Assembly: GCA_035063585.1 (NCBI GenBank)
Contig: JAPSGB010000008.1
Span: 224,001-288,000 of the forward strand
Length of the DNA stretch: 64,000 nucleotides
Direction of reading: 5' to 3'
Source: Polyangiaceae bacterium
Lineage (GTDB): Bacteria; Myxococcota_A; Polyangia; Polyangiales; Polyangiaceae
Both the position numbers and the translations under genes were made by a program. The notes beneath the pieces were generated by a model. It was not told where the DNA came from and did not search any database. It saw only the letters and a program-made list of their open reading frames with translations. This document shows, piece after piece, positions 10,372 to 20,839 of this stretch; positions within the stretch are counted from its first letter, which is position 1; every line of letters begins with the position of its first letter.

Positions 10372-10925
10372 TGCGACACCTTGAAGTTCACGTCGTCGAA
10401 CAGAGTGTCACCGGCAGCCGTCGCTCGGAGCGAATCCATCGCGCTGATGACCGTCTGGTAGTCGGTCCCCGGGTTGGCGCTGATGTAGACCTGGTTTTCG
10501 TCCTTGAAATCCGGGTTGGCGCCCTTGAGGTATGCGGCGCAGGCGGTGAGCGCGGCGTAGTCGTAGCGACCATTGGTCTTCGGGATGGAGATGCCCGCGC
10601 CGACACCGCGACATCCCGGCGCGACGTTGCCGCCGGATGCCTTGAGCGAGAAGCCGTCGTTCACGATGAGCACCGTCAGGTTGAGGGCCTCGCTCTGCAC
10701 GCTCTCGCGGACCCCGGCGCTCTTGCTGGCGGGAGGCGTGGTGTCGATCGTGGCGGTGAAGGTGACCGCGATGGTCGCCAGCACGAAGATGAGGATGTTC
10801 GTGATGATGTCGAGGAAGGGGACGATGTTGAGCTCCCCGCCCTCTTCGTCGGGCGAGAGCTCCCTCGGCTCGGTGAGCCGACGAATCTTGGCCCGCTGGG
10901 CCGCGCTGAGCTTGCCGCTCTCCAT
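10368..10925 (-). CDS. aglQ: ExbD/TolR-family protein, AglQ-like
   Basis: ELNIVPFLDIITNILIFVL TM with conserved Asp; YQTVISAMD. Confidence 0.75.
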   Translation of the reverse strand: MESGKLSAAQRAKIRRLTEPRELSPDEEGGELNIVPFLDIITNILIFVLATIAVTFTATIDTTPPASKSAGVRESVQSEALNLTVLIVNDGFSLKASGGNVAPGCRGVGAGISIPKTNGRYDYAALTACAAYLKGANPDFKDENQVYISANPGTDYQTVISAMDSLRATAAGDTLFDDVNFKVSQ

Positions 10926-10959
10926 GGGCTGACTGCTCGTAGGCCTCGGTCCGCCGGGC

Positions 10960-11634
10960 TTACTGGCCGCGCTGCTGCAGGGTCAGGAGGTTGAAGGTTC
11001 GCTCCATCGTGGTGTCGAGGTCGTGCTGGATGCCCTTCGCGCGCGTGTGAAGGATGATGTGAGTGATCATGCAGATCACGGCGATGCCGAGGCCGAGCGC
11101 CGTGTTGTACATGGCCTCGGCGATACCGTTCGAGAGCATGCTCTGCTTGTCGGCTTGCGACAGACCGGGCGCGGCGATCGAAGCGAACGTGCGGATCAGG
11201 CCGCTCACGGTACCGAGTAGCCCAATCAGGGTCGCGATGTTCGCGAGCGACCAGAGCGCTCCGATCCGCTTTTCCGCCTGGGGTTTCAACTCGGAGAGCT
11301 TCTCGCTGAGCGCCGCGTCGATCTCGTCGGGCCCCTTGTTCGCCTGCGTCAAGCCAGCCTTCACGAGCTGCAGGACGGGGTAGTCGCTCGCCTCACAGAG
11401 CTTGATCGCGCGGTCGATGTTGCCGGCGACGACCAGCTTTCGTACCTGGGCGAAGAACTCCTTCGAGTTCACACGGTAGCGGGTGAGCTGAAACGCAAAC
11501 CGCTCCACTACGATGGTCACCACCACCGCGGAGGTGATCAGGTTCAACACCATGAACGTGGGGTTCGTCTTGAACGCCTCGACGAGTTGGCTCGAACCGC
11601 CAGAACCCTCGGCTGCAAGGAGGAGGAGCTGCAT
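10960..11634 (-). CDS. aglR: MotA/TolQ/ExbB proton channel, AglR-like
   Basis: GNIDRAIKLC, LWSLANIATLIGLLGTVSGLI, GIAEAMYNTALGL. Confidence 0.8.
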   Translation of the reverse strand: MQLLLLAAEGSGGSSQLVEAFKTNPTFMVLNLITSAVVVTIVVERFAFQLTRYRVNSKEFFAQVRKLVVAGNIDRAIKLCEASDYPVLQLVKAGLTQANKGPDEIDAALSEKLSELKPQAEKRIGALWSLANIATLIGLLGTVSGLIRTFASIAAPGLSQADKQSMLSNGIAEAMYNTALGLGIAVICMITHIILHTRAKGIQHDLDTTMERTFNLLTLQQRGQ

Positions 11635-11714
11635 TCCGCTAATCCCTTTTTCTAGGTCCCTCTATGAATCGGCACCGCCTCGCGTCTGGACGACGCCGGG
11701 AGCGGAGCGTTCGG

Positions 11715-11744
11715 ACTATAGCCGCCGCGCGAGAGCCAGCGCAA
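11715..11744 (-). promoter_or_regulatory. Putative sigma70-type promoter of the left motor triad
   Basis: TTGCGC-N18-TATAGT on the minus strand, about 80 nt upstream of the ATG at 11634. Confidence 0.5.
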
Positions 11745-11995
11745 GAACACCTGCAACTCGGGCGCTACCATTTTCGACGCGGGCTCCGCGCGCGCGCCGG
11801 GGTCGCTCGAGCCCGGGCGGCGCCCGAGCGCGCGTCCGGTCGACCGGCGGAGGTTCGCGGCGGACGACCCGAGCGGCTCGCGCGACGTCGACGCTCGCGG
11901 GGCGACCGTCGCGTGTCCCGCGGTTCGCCCCGAACAGCACGGATTCCTGTAACTTTATGCTCAGGCGCTAATAGCGCGCGGTAACCCAATCCCTC

Positions 11996-12025
11996 TTGAC
12001 TCTGCGGGGTCTGCTTCAGCAAGAT
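11996..12025 (+). promoter_or_regulatory. Putative sigma70-type promoter of the right motor triad
   Basis: TTGACT-N18-CAAGAT preceded by an AT-rich patch. Confidence 0.45.
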
Positions 12026-12157
12026 TGGCCCCGGTCCGGGGTCGCGCTCGTGCGCGGTGAAGGACCGGCGAACCAAGTAGACGACATCGGCTCCGGTGGG
12101 AACCCCGCAGGGGAGACCCACGCCGAGTAACACAAGGATCCGGAAGGTAAACGAGCA

Positions 12158-12817
12158 ATGGCAAGTCTCTGGCACCACTTCCAGGCAGGCGGATGGGCGA
12201 TGTGGATCATCCTTTTCTGGCTGATCTGTACGATCGCCGTGATCGCCGAGCGCGCCGTCTACCTCTGGGGCGCGTCGATCAACAAGGACGTCTTCCTCGC
12301 CACCATGCAGAAGTGCATCCTTGCGGGCGACGTCGCCAAGGCCGTGAAGATGTGCTCCGCCGCGAACGCGCCGCTCGCGCGCATCGTGCAGGCGGGCCTG
12401 GTCAAGGTGAACCGCCCTGACGAGGAGGTCCAGGCAGCCATGGACGAGGCCGCGCTCCGCGAGATGCCTCGCATCAACAAGCGCACCGGCTACCTCGCCT
12501 TGTTCGCGAACCTCGCGATGTTGTCCGGGCTCTTCGGCACCATCGTCGGCCTCATCAAGGCGTTCGGCGCGGTCGGTGGCGAGTCGATCGATCCGAGCTC
12601 GAAGGCGCGCATTCTGGCGGAAGGCATCTCCGAGGCCATGAACTGCACCGCTTTCGGCCTCATCTCGGCCATCGCGGCGCTCATCGGCTTCGCGGTGCTG
12701 AACGGCAAGACGCAGGGTCTCGAGGATGACATCAACGAGGCCTCGGTGCAGGTGCTGAACCTGGTGGTCGCGAACCGTCAGAAGGTCAGCCTGGCCGGCC
12801 TCGAGCAGGCCGCTTGA
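12158..12817 (+). CDS. MotA/TolQ/ExbB proton channel (AglR paralog)
   Basis: GGWAMW, ANLAMLSGLFGTIVGLIKAF, GISEAMNCTAFGL. Confidence 0.9.
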   Translation: MASLWHHFQAGGWAMWIILFWLICTIAVIAERAVYLWGASINKDVFLATMQKCILAGDVAKAVKMCSAANAPLARIVQAGLVKVNRPDEEVQAAMDEAALREMPRINKRTGYLALFANLAMLSGLFGTIVGLIKAFGAVGGESIDPSSKARILAEGISEAMNCTAFGLISAIAALIGFAVLNGKTQGLEDDINEASVQVLNLVVANRQKVSLAGLEQAA

Positions 12818-12837
12818 GTCTAGATTCGCCGGTAATC

Positions 12838-12862
12838 GGGGCGAGCCAACCGGGCTCGCCCC
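12838..12862 (+). other. Intercistronic stem-loop
   Basis: GGGGCGAGCC-AACCG-GGCTCGCCCC, a perfect 10-bp stem between exbB and the first exbD; no U-tract. Confidence 0.6.
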
Positions 12863-12898
12863 ACCCCGGCAGGTGAACCAAGGTCCAACGGAGAAGAC

Positions 12899-13462
12899 AT
12901 GGCAGGTATCGACGTAGGCGGCGGACACGGCGGTAAGCGAGCGCAGAACCACGAAATCCCGCTAATCCCGTTCATCGACTTCCTGCTCTGCCTGGTCGCC
13001 TTCCTCCTGGTGACGGCGGTGTGGTCGCAGATGGCGCGCATCAACGCGGACGCCAGCGTCCCGGGGCCCCCGAACCCGGATCCGCCGACCGACCCGAAGA
13101 AGGAAAAGCAGCTCCATGTGGAGATGCGGGGCGAGCGCAAGTTCCAGCTCGTCTGGAAGGAAGGCAGCACGGTCGTGAACACCATCGACGTCGAGCGTAA
13201 GCCGGTGCCGATTGGGAACGCAGGTGACGTCACCTTCCCGGACCTGGCGAAGAAGGTCTCCGACGAGTGGACGCAGAACGGCTCGCACCGCGCGGCGTCC
13301 GACCCGAAGTTCGATCAGGCGGTGCTCCATACCGACAACTCCACACCGTTTCAGGACGTCGTCGCGGTCATCGACGCGATCTATACGCCTCAGCGTGAAG
13401 TGAAGCTGGGCGACAAGCTGCAGAAGATCCCCGCCTTCAACGTCACCTTCGCGGTGAACTGA
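12899..13462 (+). CDS. ExbD/TolR-family protein
   Basis: EIPLIPFIDFLLCLVAFLLVTA TM with Asp; FQDVVAVIDA. Confidence 0.88.
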   Translation: MAGIDVGGGHGGKRAQNHEIPLIPFIDFLLCLVAFLLVTAVWSQMARINADASVPGPPNPDPPTDPKKEKQLHVEMRGERKFQLVWKEGSTVVNTIDVERKPVPIGNAGDVTFPDLAKKVSDEWTQNGSHRAASDPKFDQAVLHTDNSTPFQDVVAVIDAIYTPQREVKLGDKLQKIPAFNVTFAVN

Positions 13463-13467
13463 GCCCC

Positions 13468-14040
13468 ATGTCCGAGAAGCCGCTCTCCCGTTTCCACCAG
13501 CCGATTCAGGTACCTGGTCGTCGGCTGCTCCACAACATCAACCTCGGCTTCGTCCGCAAGAAGGTGTCTGGCGGCGGCGGTCGCGCGGTCAATCAGGAAA
13601 TCCCCCTGATCCCGTTCATCGACTTCCTGCTCTGCATCGTGCTCTTCCTGCTCGCGAGCTTCTCCGCGACCGGCGAGCTCCCGGTGGACAAGAACGTCAA
13701 GCTCCCCGCCGCGGAGAACGTCCTCGACATGGTCGACGCCCCGATGGTGGCCATCACGGGCACGCAGATCCTCGTGGATGGCCACGGCGCAGGCAGCACG
13801 CGAGCGATCGAAGAGGCGAACCGGCTACAGCGCATCGACGAGCTCTTCAACGTCCTCAAGAACAAGCGCGAGCTCTGGAAACAGCTGAACCCGGGCAAGC
13901 CGTTCCCCGGCGTCGCGGTCATCCAGTGCGATCGCCGCGTGCCGGCCCTGGTCGTGAAGAGCGTGTTCCAGACGGCGGCGTTTGCCGGGTATCCGAACGT
14001 CAGCTTCATGGTTCAGCGCCTCGGCAAGCCCGGGGAGTGA
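13468..14040 (+). CDS. ExbD/TolR-family protein
   Basis: EIPLIPFIDFLLCIVLFLL TM with Asp; IQCDRRVP...AGYPNVSF. Confidence 0.88.
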   Translation: MSEKPLSRFHQPIQVPGRRLLHNINLGFVRKKVSGGGGRAVNQEIPLIPFIDFLLCIVLFLLASFSATGELPVDKNVKLPAAENVLDMVDAPMVAITGTQILVDGHGAGSTRAIEEANRLQRIDELFNVLKNKRELWKQLNPGKPFPGVAVIQCDRRVPALVVKSVFQTAAFAGYPNVSFMVQRLGKPGE

Positions 14041-14125
14041 TGACGCGCGCGCCGGACTGGCGCCGCGGTGCCGCGGCGCGCCGGCGCCCGAGCGCGTAGG
14101 GTCGAGGTAGCGAGGGTGGCGCGCT

Positions 14126-15238
14126 TTGGTGCGACGTAGCCTCAGAGACGAGCGCGAGCGAGGTCTACCGTCGCTGAACCAGGCTCGCGCGGAGCGGCGC
14201 CGCGCGATCGTCGCGGGCAAGGTGAAGGTGCCCGGCATGTCGCTGCAGTTTTGGCTGTGGGCGGCGGTGCTCTTGGCCGGGTTTGGGCTCGTCTACTTCA
14301 AGATCCAGCAGGGCAAGCTCGAGAGTCAGAAGGCGATGGTCATGGCGAAGCAACGCGCCATCGCCCAGTCCCTCGGCCCTCGAATCCTGCCCTTTCGCGA
14401 CCGTATCGAGGGGTTCGTCAAGGAGCTCGCCGGACCGTGGCAGAGTAGTCGGTTGGCGGCAGGCGCCGAGCTCGAGAAGGTCCGCAGCGCAGGCGGCGTC
14501 TACCTGAGGATCCGTCTGGCCAACGCCGAGACGCCCAAGGCGATCCGGAAGGCCGCGTCACGCTCACTGCATGATGGCTTCACCGCGTGCTTCTTCGCCC
14601 GGGAACGGGCGCCAGATCCCACGGTTGGCCCCAAGTGTCAGTCGCTGAGCGACTGCGGTCCGGGCCTGCTCTGCAACGAGTACGGGATCTGCGCGCCGCC
14701 CCCCGAGCCGTTCAACTTGCGGCTCGCGTACCGCGCGCTGCGCGTGCTCTCCACCGAGTGGACGGACGAGCTCCATCAGGCCACGAGCGATCTGGCGGTA
14801 GGCGCCTATGAGCGCGATCTCGAGCGGGTCACGCGCGAGGACGTGCCCATCGCCATCGAGCTCTTGACCCGCGCGCGCTACTTTACCGCGGTGCTCGACG
14901 AGGAGCCGGCGAAGGGGACGGCGACGCCGGACGGAGGCGCCGCGGACGAGACGGACGAAGAGCGTCTGCAGCGGGTCGCCCACCCGGCGCGCGTGGGGAT
15001 CTGGGATCTCCGGAGCGGCGCACAGATCCTGCGGTTGCGGGCGGTGGCCGGCGCCACGGTGATGCCGGTCGGGGAGCGCGTGGTGCGAGCGCCGGACATC
15101 GTCGCCGCGCAGCAGAGGCAGGTGAACAGCTGCGCGTTGGCCCTCGAGGTGCGAGGCGCGGCGGAGCGAGCGCGGGAGGAGCCCGCGGACGGCGGCGCCG
15201 GCGACGGCGCGGCGGTGACCGACGGCGCGGCTCGATAG
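14126..15238 (+). CDS. Hypothetical bitopic membrane protein with a Cys-rich periplasmic module
   Basis: Single TM (FWLWAAVLLAGFGLVYF); CQSLSDCGPGLLCNEYGIC; start uncertain. Confidence 0.7.
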   Translation: MVRRSLRDERERGLPSLNQARAERRRAIVAGKVKVPGMSLQFWLWAAVLLAGFGLVYFKIQQGKLESQKAMVMAKQRAIAQSLGPRILPFRDRIEGFVKELAGPWQSSRLAAGAELEKVRSAGGVYLRIRLANAETPKAIRKAASRSLHDGFTACFFARERAPDPTVGPKCQSLSDCGPGLLCNEYGICAPPPEPFNLRLAYRALRVLSTEWTDELHQATSDLAVGAYERDLERVTREDVPIAIELLTRARYFTAVLDEEPAKGTATPDGGAADETDEERLQRVAHPARVGIWDLRSGAQILRLRAVAGATVMPVGERVVRAPDIVAAQQRQVNSCALALEVRGAAERAREEPADGGAGDGAAVTDGAAR

Positions 15239-15310
15239 GGGCGCCACTACGAGCCGGGCCGCGCGCCGCGGTTCCATCCGCGCCTCACGGCGCGACGAGC
15301 TCGCATGGCG

Positions 15311-18300
15311 TCACCGTGAGGGAGCGCCGTAGCCGCCTCCGCCAGGCGTCTCGATGCGCAGGCGCGCTCCGGCGGGTGCGTCGAGGGTGAGCTTGCCGTC
15401 GAGCTCGCGTCCGTCGAGCTGGTTTACGCCGCGCGCTCCGGCGTCACCGCCGGCGAGCCCGAACGGTGCGCGGGTGCGTCGCTCGGAGACCAGCGAGAGC
15501 TGGAGCGGCGCGAGCAGTTCGAGCTCGCGGACGACCCCGTCGCCTCCTCGGCTCCGCCCGCCGCCGCCGGAGCCGCGCCGCACCGCGAACTCCCACAGGC
15601 GTACCGGGTAGCGGGCCTCGAGCACCTCGGGATCGGTGCTGCGGGTGTTGGTCATGTGCGTCTGAACGGCGGACGCGCCGTCGAAGTCCGGCCCAGCGCC
15701 AGCGCCTCCGGCGATGGTCTCGTAGTAGCCGAAGTCATCGTTACCGAAGGAGAGGTTGTTCATGGTGCCCTGACTCGCCGCGGCGCGCCCGGCGGCACCG
15801 AGGAGGACATCGACTACCCGCTGCGAGGTCTCGACATTGCCGCCCGCGACCGCTCGCTCGGGATCGGGAGCGAGCACGCTCCCGGGCGGGATCACCACGG
15901 TCACGGGCCGGAGGCAACCGCTGTTCAGGGGCATGGGCGCGTCGACGAGCGTGCGCAGGAAATAGATGACCGCGGCCAGGGTGACGGCGCGCGGCGCGTT
16001 CAGGTTCCCCGGGACCTGCGCGCCGGTCCCGGAGAAATCGATGGTCATCCGCTCGCCGCTTACGCGCAAGGTGACGACGATGGGGGTCCCGTCGTCGAGC
16101 GCGTCCTCGAAGTGGTGCTCGCCGTCCGGGAGTCTCGCGATCTCCGCTGCGACGCGCGCGGCGGCGTAGTCCTGCACGTGGCGCATGTAGGCGGAGACGA
16201 CGGGGAGTCCATATTCCTCCACGAGCTCGCTCACGAGGAGGGCCCCGGCGTGATTTGCGGCGATCTGCGCCTCGAGATCGAGCAGGTTCAAGGCGGGATC
16301 GCGCGCGGGGTACGGTCCCGCGCCCAGGCGCGCGAGGAGCCCGCCGCGGTCGAGCCGGCCGCGATGCACGACGCGCAGGTTTCGGAGCACGACGCCCTCC
16401 TCGTCGAGGCGACTCGAGAACGCGGGCATCGAGCCGGGGGTGAGGCCGCCGATGTCCGCGTGATGTCCGCGGCTCGCGGTGAAGAACCGGAGCGTCCCTT
16501 GGCCGTCGTGGATCGGCGTGACGACCGTGACATCCGGCAGGTGCGAGCCTCCGGCGTCGGGAGCGTTGGTGACGAAGACGTCGCCCGGCTCGAGCGCGGG
16601 GTGCGCGCGAACGACCGCGCGCACCGACTCGCCCATCGCGCCGAGGTGCACCGGGATGTGGGGTGCGTTGGCGACCAGCCCGCCCGCCTCGTCGAACAGC
16701 GCGCACGAGAAATCCCGCCGTTCGCGGATGTTGGTGCTCACGCTGGTCCGCTCGAGCAGGTGCCCCATCTGCTCGGCGATCGACATGAAGCGATTCGCCA
16801 TGAGCTCGAGCAGCGTCGGGTCCGGCGCCGCCGCGGAGCGCGACGCGAGCTCGGCTCTTCGGGGAGCTTCGGCGGCCGTCGGGCGGGCGACGAGGATCCC
16901 ATCGGCGCGCACGGTGAGCGCGAAGCCCGGATCGAGCACGATGGTCCCGGTGTCTTCGAGCACGAGCGCCGGCCCCATCCAGCGCGTGCCGGGCACGAGC
17001 GCGTCCCTCGGGATGAGCGGGACCTGCTCGAGCCAGCGCCCGTCCGCGAACAGGCGCGTGAAGCGGAGGGGAAGAGGCTCGTTCATCGGCTCCGCTCGCG
17101 GAGCCGGGCGAGGCTCGGGCGCGCCGAGCGCGCTCCGGCCGAGCACCTCGACGCGGCCGAGCGAGAGCTCGATGAGCTGTCCCGGGCGCGAGGTTCCGAA
17201 GCGCCGGGTGTGCTCGCGGACGAACTCGTCCGCGAGCGCGCCTGCGCTCGCGACGTCGAGCGTGATGACCGTCTCCGTCCCGGCGTACCGGAGGTCCACG
17301 CGCCGCACCGACACCAACTCCTCGTCGGCGAATCCCTCGCGGATGAGTGTCTCCCGCCCCTCGCGCTCGAGCGCTTCGAGGCGTGGCGCGAGCGCGTCGA
17401 GGCGCGACGGAGCGAGCGGCGCGCGGCCGGCGTCGACCTCGCCGCGCCAGGAGTGAGCGGCGAGGCCGATCCCGTAGGCGGAGAGCACGCCGGCGAGCGG
17501 ATGGAACACGACCTGCTCGATCCCGAGCCGCCGCGCGACGGCGCAGGCGTGCTGACCTGCCGCTCCGCCAAAGGCGACCAGCGCGTCGCGCCGGACGTCG
17601 AAGCCGCGCGCGACCGAGACTCGCCGGATCGCCTCAGCCATGGAAGCGGTCGCGATCTCGAAGAAGCCCTCGGCCGCTGTCTCGGCGCAACGCTCGCCAC
17701 CCATGGCGCGCGCGACGTCGGCGAGCGCCGCGCGCGCCCGTTCGACGTCGAGCGGGAGGGGGAAGCGATCGGGGACGAGCCGGCCGAGCACGACGTTCAC
17801 GTCGGTGATGGTGGGTTCGCGCGCGTCGGGGGCGCCGTAGGCGAGCGGACCGGGGCGAGCCCCCGCGCTGTCCGGTCCGACCTGCTGGGCGAGCCCGTCG
17901 AAGCGACAAATCGAGCCGCCGCCCGCAGCGACCGTGTGCACGCTCATCATCGGGGCGCGCACCCGAACCCCGGCGACTTCCGACTCGTAGATCCGCTCGA
18001 AGGAGCGCTCGAAGCGCGAGACGTCGGTGGACGTCCCGCCCATGTCGAAGCCGATCACGCTCGCGAGCTCGAGGCGGCGCGCCAGCTCGGCGATGGCGAC
18101 CACGCCCCCGGCCGGCCCGGACAGGATGGCATCCGGCCCGCGGAAGCGCGCGGCCGTGGTGAGCCCGCCGTTCGACTGCATGACGCGCAGGCGGGAGCCG
18201 GTGAGCTCGCGCTCGAGCTCGCCGAGGTAGTCGCGGACGAGCGGCGTCAGGTAGGCGTCCACGGTCGCGGTGTCGCCGCGCGCGAGCATGCCCATGCCGG

Positions 18301-18880
18301 CGGCGAGCTCGTGGGAGAGGGAGACGTGGCGAAAGCCAGCCTCGCGCGCCAGCGCGCCGAGCTCGCGTTCGAGCTCGCCGTTCGCGTACGCATGGATCAC
18401 CACGATGGCCACGCTCTCGAGTCCGCGCGCCACGAGCTCGGCGAGCGCCGCGCGGGTAGGGGCCGTCTCTGGGCGCGCGATGACGTGCCCTTGCGGATCT
18501 TGCCGCGCGTCGACCTCGAGCACGGCCTCGTAGAGGAGTGGGCGGCGAGCGATGCGGAGCTCGAACAGGTGCGGCCGCGCCTGGGTCCCGATCTCGAGCA
18601 GGTCGCCGAACCCGCGCGTGATGACCAGCGCCGTCCGGCGCCCGGTGCGCTCGAGCAGCGCGTTGGTCGCCACGGTGGTCCCCATGCGGATGTCCGAGGG
18701 AGGGATGGGGTCCTCCGGGCCCAGCTCGAGGAGCCTCCGTATCCCCTCGAGCGGCGCTCGATCGGAGGACGAGACCTTGACCACCTCGAGCGCGCCGGTG
18801 GCGGGGTTCACGCCGATGCAGTCGGTGAAGGTGCCGCCGCGGTCGATGAAGAACTGCCAGCGGCGGTCGCGCGCGCTCAT
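15311..18880 (-). CDS. Fused hydantoinase A/B, 5-oxoprolinase (OplA-type)
   Basis: [73 protein letters not shown]. Confidence 0.93.
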   Translation of the reverse strand: MSARDRRWQFFIDRGGTFTDCIGVNPATGALEVVKVSSSDRAPLEGIRRLLELGPEDPIPPSDIRMGTTVATNALLERTGRRTALVITRGFGDLLEIGTQARPHLFELRIARRPLLYEAVLEVDARQDPQGHVIARPETAPTRAALAELVARGLESVAIVVIHAYANGELERELGALAREAGFRHVSLSHELAAGMGMLARGDTATVDAYLTPLVRDYLGELERELTGSRLRVMQSNGGLTTAARFRGPDAILSGPAGGVVAIAELARRLELASVIGFDMGGTSTDVSRFERSFERIYESEVAGVRVRAPMMSVHTVAAGGGSICRFDGLAQQVGPDSAGARPGPLAYGAPDAREPTITDVNVVLGRLVPDRFPLPLDVERARAALADVARAMGGERCAETAAEGFFEIATASMAEAIRRVSVARGFDVRRDALVAFGGAAGQHACAVARRLGIEQVVFHPLAGVLSAYGIGLAAHSWRGEVDAGRAPLAPSRLDALAPRLEALEREGRETLIREGFADEELVSVRRVDLRYAGTETVITLDVASAGALADEFVREHTRRFGTSRPGQLIELSLGRVEVLGRSALGAPEPRPAPRAEPMNEPLPLRFTRLFADGRWLEQVPLIPRDALVPGTRWMGPALVLEDTGTIVLDPGFALTVRADGILVARPTAAEAPRRAELASRSAAAPDPTLLELMANRFMSIAEQMGHLLERTSVSTNIRERRDFSCALFDEAGGLVANAPHIPVHLGAMGESVRAVVRAHPALEPGDVFVTNAPDAGGSHLPDVTVVTPIHDGQGTLRFFTASRGHHADIGGLTPGSMPAFSSRLDEEGVVLRNLRVVHRGRLDRGGLLARLGAGPYPARDPALNLLDLEAQIAANHAGALLVSELVEEYGLPVVSAYMRHVQDYAAARVAAEIARLPDGEHHFEDALDDGTPIVVTLRVSGERMTIDFSGTGAQVPGNLNAPRAVTLAAVIYFLRTLVDAPMPLNSGCLRPVTVVIPPGSVLAPDPERAVAGGNVETSQRVVDVLLGAAGRAAASQGTMNNLSFGNDDFGYYETIAGGAGAGPDFDGASAVQTHMTNTRSTDPEVLEARYPVRLWEFAVRRGSGGGGRSRGGDGVVRELELLAPLQLSLVSERRTRAPFGLAGGDAGARGVNQLDGRELDGKLTLDAPAGARLRIETPGGGGYGAPSR

Positions 18881-18886
18881 CCCGCT

Positions 18887-19729
18887 CTAGTGACGCCTGA
18901 GGATGAGGAGGATGACGACGCCGAGCATCGCGGCTAGTAGCACGATGAGCACGACCAGCGGCAGCAGACTCCTCGGCGGCAAGGCGGGCGGAGCGAGCGG
19001 CGCGAGCGGGGCTGGCGTGGGGCTGGGGGGAGGAGGAGGCTCTGGCGCGAGCGGCGCGAGCGCCTGGCGTGCGGGAGGCGCGGTCGGCGGCGAGTACACC
19101 GGCGCCGCTCGTGGCGCGAGCGGCGCGGCCGGCGACGCGCGCACGGGCGCGGGCGGTTGGGCGGCGAGGCCCGCCGCCGCCGCCGTCGCCAGCTCGGTCG
19201 GCGCGTGCGCGACCCGCGTCTTCGCGTCGTCGTCGTCGCCGTACGGCGAGGTGGCCGGCGGAGGCGGAAAGCCACGCGGCGGCAGAGAGCGGCCCTCCGG
19301 GGGAGGTCGCGGCGCGTGCGAAGGCGGCCTCGGTGGCGGAGGCGGTGGCGGGCGGCGCGACGCGCCAGCGGCGGGCGGCGGCTGACGCGAGGCGCTCGGG
19401 TGGGTGTCGAGGCTGGGCGCCGCCGCGACGCGGGTCGCCGCGTCGTCCTCCTCGAAGTAGCTCTCGGTCGCGGCGGCCGGCGCGCTCCGCCCCGTCTGTT
19501 CCATGAACCAGGGTGACTCGATGACGCGGGTCTGAACGCCGTCTTCGGGGAGCGCGTCCTGGAACTCCTCGACCGCCTCGAGCGGCAGCCAATCCTCCGT
19601 GCCTGCTTCGCGGACGTCTGCGTCGGCCGGGACCTTCCCGGCGGCGATGCCGCGCACGAGCAGCTCCGCCGCGACCGGGCCGATCTCCTGCCCTCCGCTC
19701 TGCCTGACGAACCAGCTGGTCATGACCAT
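18887..19729 (-). CDS. GYF_2-domain protein with Pro-rich linker and C-terminal TM
   Basis: [14 protein letters not shown]...[32 protein letters not shown] motifs; C-terminal hydrophobic anchor. Confidence 0.75.
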   Translation of the reverse strand: MVMTSWFVRQSGGQEIGPVAAELLVRGIAAGKVPADADVREAGTEDWLPLEAVEEFQDALPEDGVQTRVIESPWFMEQTGRSAPAAATESYFEEDDAATRVAAAPSLDTHPSASRQPPPAAGASRRPPPPPPPRPPSHAPRPPPEGRSLPPRGFPPPPATSPYGDDDDAKTRVAHAPTELATAAAAGLAAQPPAPVRASPAAPLAPRAAPVYSPPTAPPARQALAPLAPEPPPPPSPTPAPLAPLAPPALPPRSLLPLVVLIVLLAAMLGVVILLILRRH

Positions 19730-19737
19730 CCGCGAGG

Positions 19738-20835
19738 TCAGCGCGCCGGCCGCTTGCGGAGCAAGAGCTTGCGCGTGATCTCGACCACCTTGTCCGGCAT
19801 CTTGCCATCCTTCTTGGTGAGCTCGGGGGTGAAGAGGTTCGCGCCCGTGGGATCGAGCTCCGCGCCGGGTCGGTTCTTGGTTCCGACCACCCGGAGCGTC
19901 AGGATACCGGCGTTCGGGCCGTGGTCCTCCTTCGCGAGGACCTTCGATGAGGCGTAGAGCGTGTCGCCCGCGACGACGCCGTTCGGATGCGCGCCCTCGT
20001 CGAGCCCGGCGTCCCAGAGCCCGTTTCCGGAAAGATCGCGGCTGGTGAGCGCGAGCACCCATGAGAGCACGAGCCCGCCGTAGACGACCCTGGTCTTCGC
20101 GAAGGAGTTCTCTTTGCAGTAAGCCTCGTCGAAGTGGATGGGGTGCGAGTTCCTACAGAGCTGCGTCATGAGCATGTGCTCGGACTCGCCGACCGTCTTG
20201 CCGACACCGTGCGAGAGCTGATCGCCCACCGCGAAATCCTCGAAGAAGCCCGCGAATCCAGCCGAGCGCGCGGCGGGCTTCAGCTCACCGCGGAGCGCCG
20301 CGGGGAGGCTCGGGACCTCTCCCTCGGGCTGCGTCGCTCGGGGCCAGGCGTTCACGGGGCGAGCTTCGACCATGCCGGCGCGCACCAGCGCCTTGCGATC
20401 GAAGCGACACACCACGTGCCCGCGATCGCTCTCGAGCACGGTGCGGACCTCGACCACGCCGCGATCCCCCTTCGACGACGGCTTCACGTCGAGCACGCGG
20501 CTCGACGCCGTGACGGAGTCCCCCGCGTAGCACGGCTCGGGGAAGCGGACGTCGATGTACGCGAGGTGGGCGATCGCTTGCTCGCTCACGTCATGGACGC
20601 TGAAGCTGAGCCCGAGGTTCAGGAGCAGGAGCGGATGCACCGGCCGATCGTGGAAACCGACCGCGCGCGCGTAGGCGCGGCTCGCGAAGACGGGGGTCGC
20701 ATCCTGGAACGCCGAGGAAAAGAGCGCGATCATCCCGTCGTCGACGGTGACGTCCCACGGATGCGCGTAGACGTCGCCGGGCGTGAAATCACCGAGCTTA
20801 CGCCCGTAACTCGGCCTCGAAAATGCTCTGCTCAT
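19738..20835 (-). CDS. mch: Mesaconyl-CoA hydratase (double MaoC hot-dog)
   Basis: Two MaoC domains (GDVYAH...DVSEQAIAHLAY; FFEDFAVGD...NSHPIHFD...VVYGG); context of mcd, mcl and ccr. Confidence 0.82.
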   Translation of the reverse strand: MSRAFSRPSYGRKLGDFTPGDVYAHPWDVTVDDGMIALFSSAFQDATPVFASRAYARAVGFHDRPVHPLLLLNLGLSFSVHDVSEQAIAHLAYIDVRFPEPCYAGDSVTASSRVLDVKPSSKGDRGVVEVRTVLESDRGHVVCRFDRKALVRAGMVEARPVNAWPRATQPEGEVPSLPAALRGELKPAARSAGFAGFFEDFAVGDQLSHGVGKTVGESEHMLMTQLCRNSHPIHFDEAYCKENSFAKTRVVYGGLVLSWVLALTSRDLSGNGLWDAGLDEGAHPNGVVAGDTLYASSKVLAKEDHGPNAGILTLRVVGTKNRPGAELDPTGANLFTPELTKKDGKMPDKVVEITRKLLLRKRPAR

Positions 20836-20839
20836 GGCC

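Noticed and set aside
12031..12157. Cobalamin or c-di-GMP riboswitch upstream of exbB
   Set aside because: Conserved boxes not recognisable; reported only as a structured leader
15656..18937. 1093-aa plus-strand ORF
   Set aside because: Antisense shadow of the oxoprolinase; no motifs; typical of high-GC codon bias
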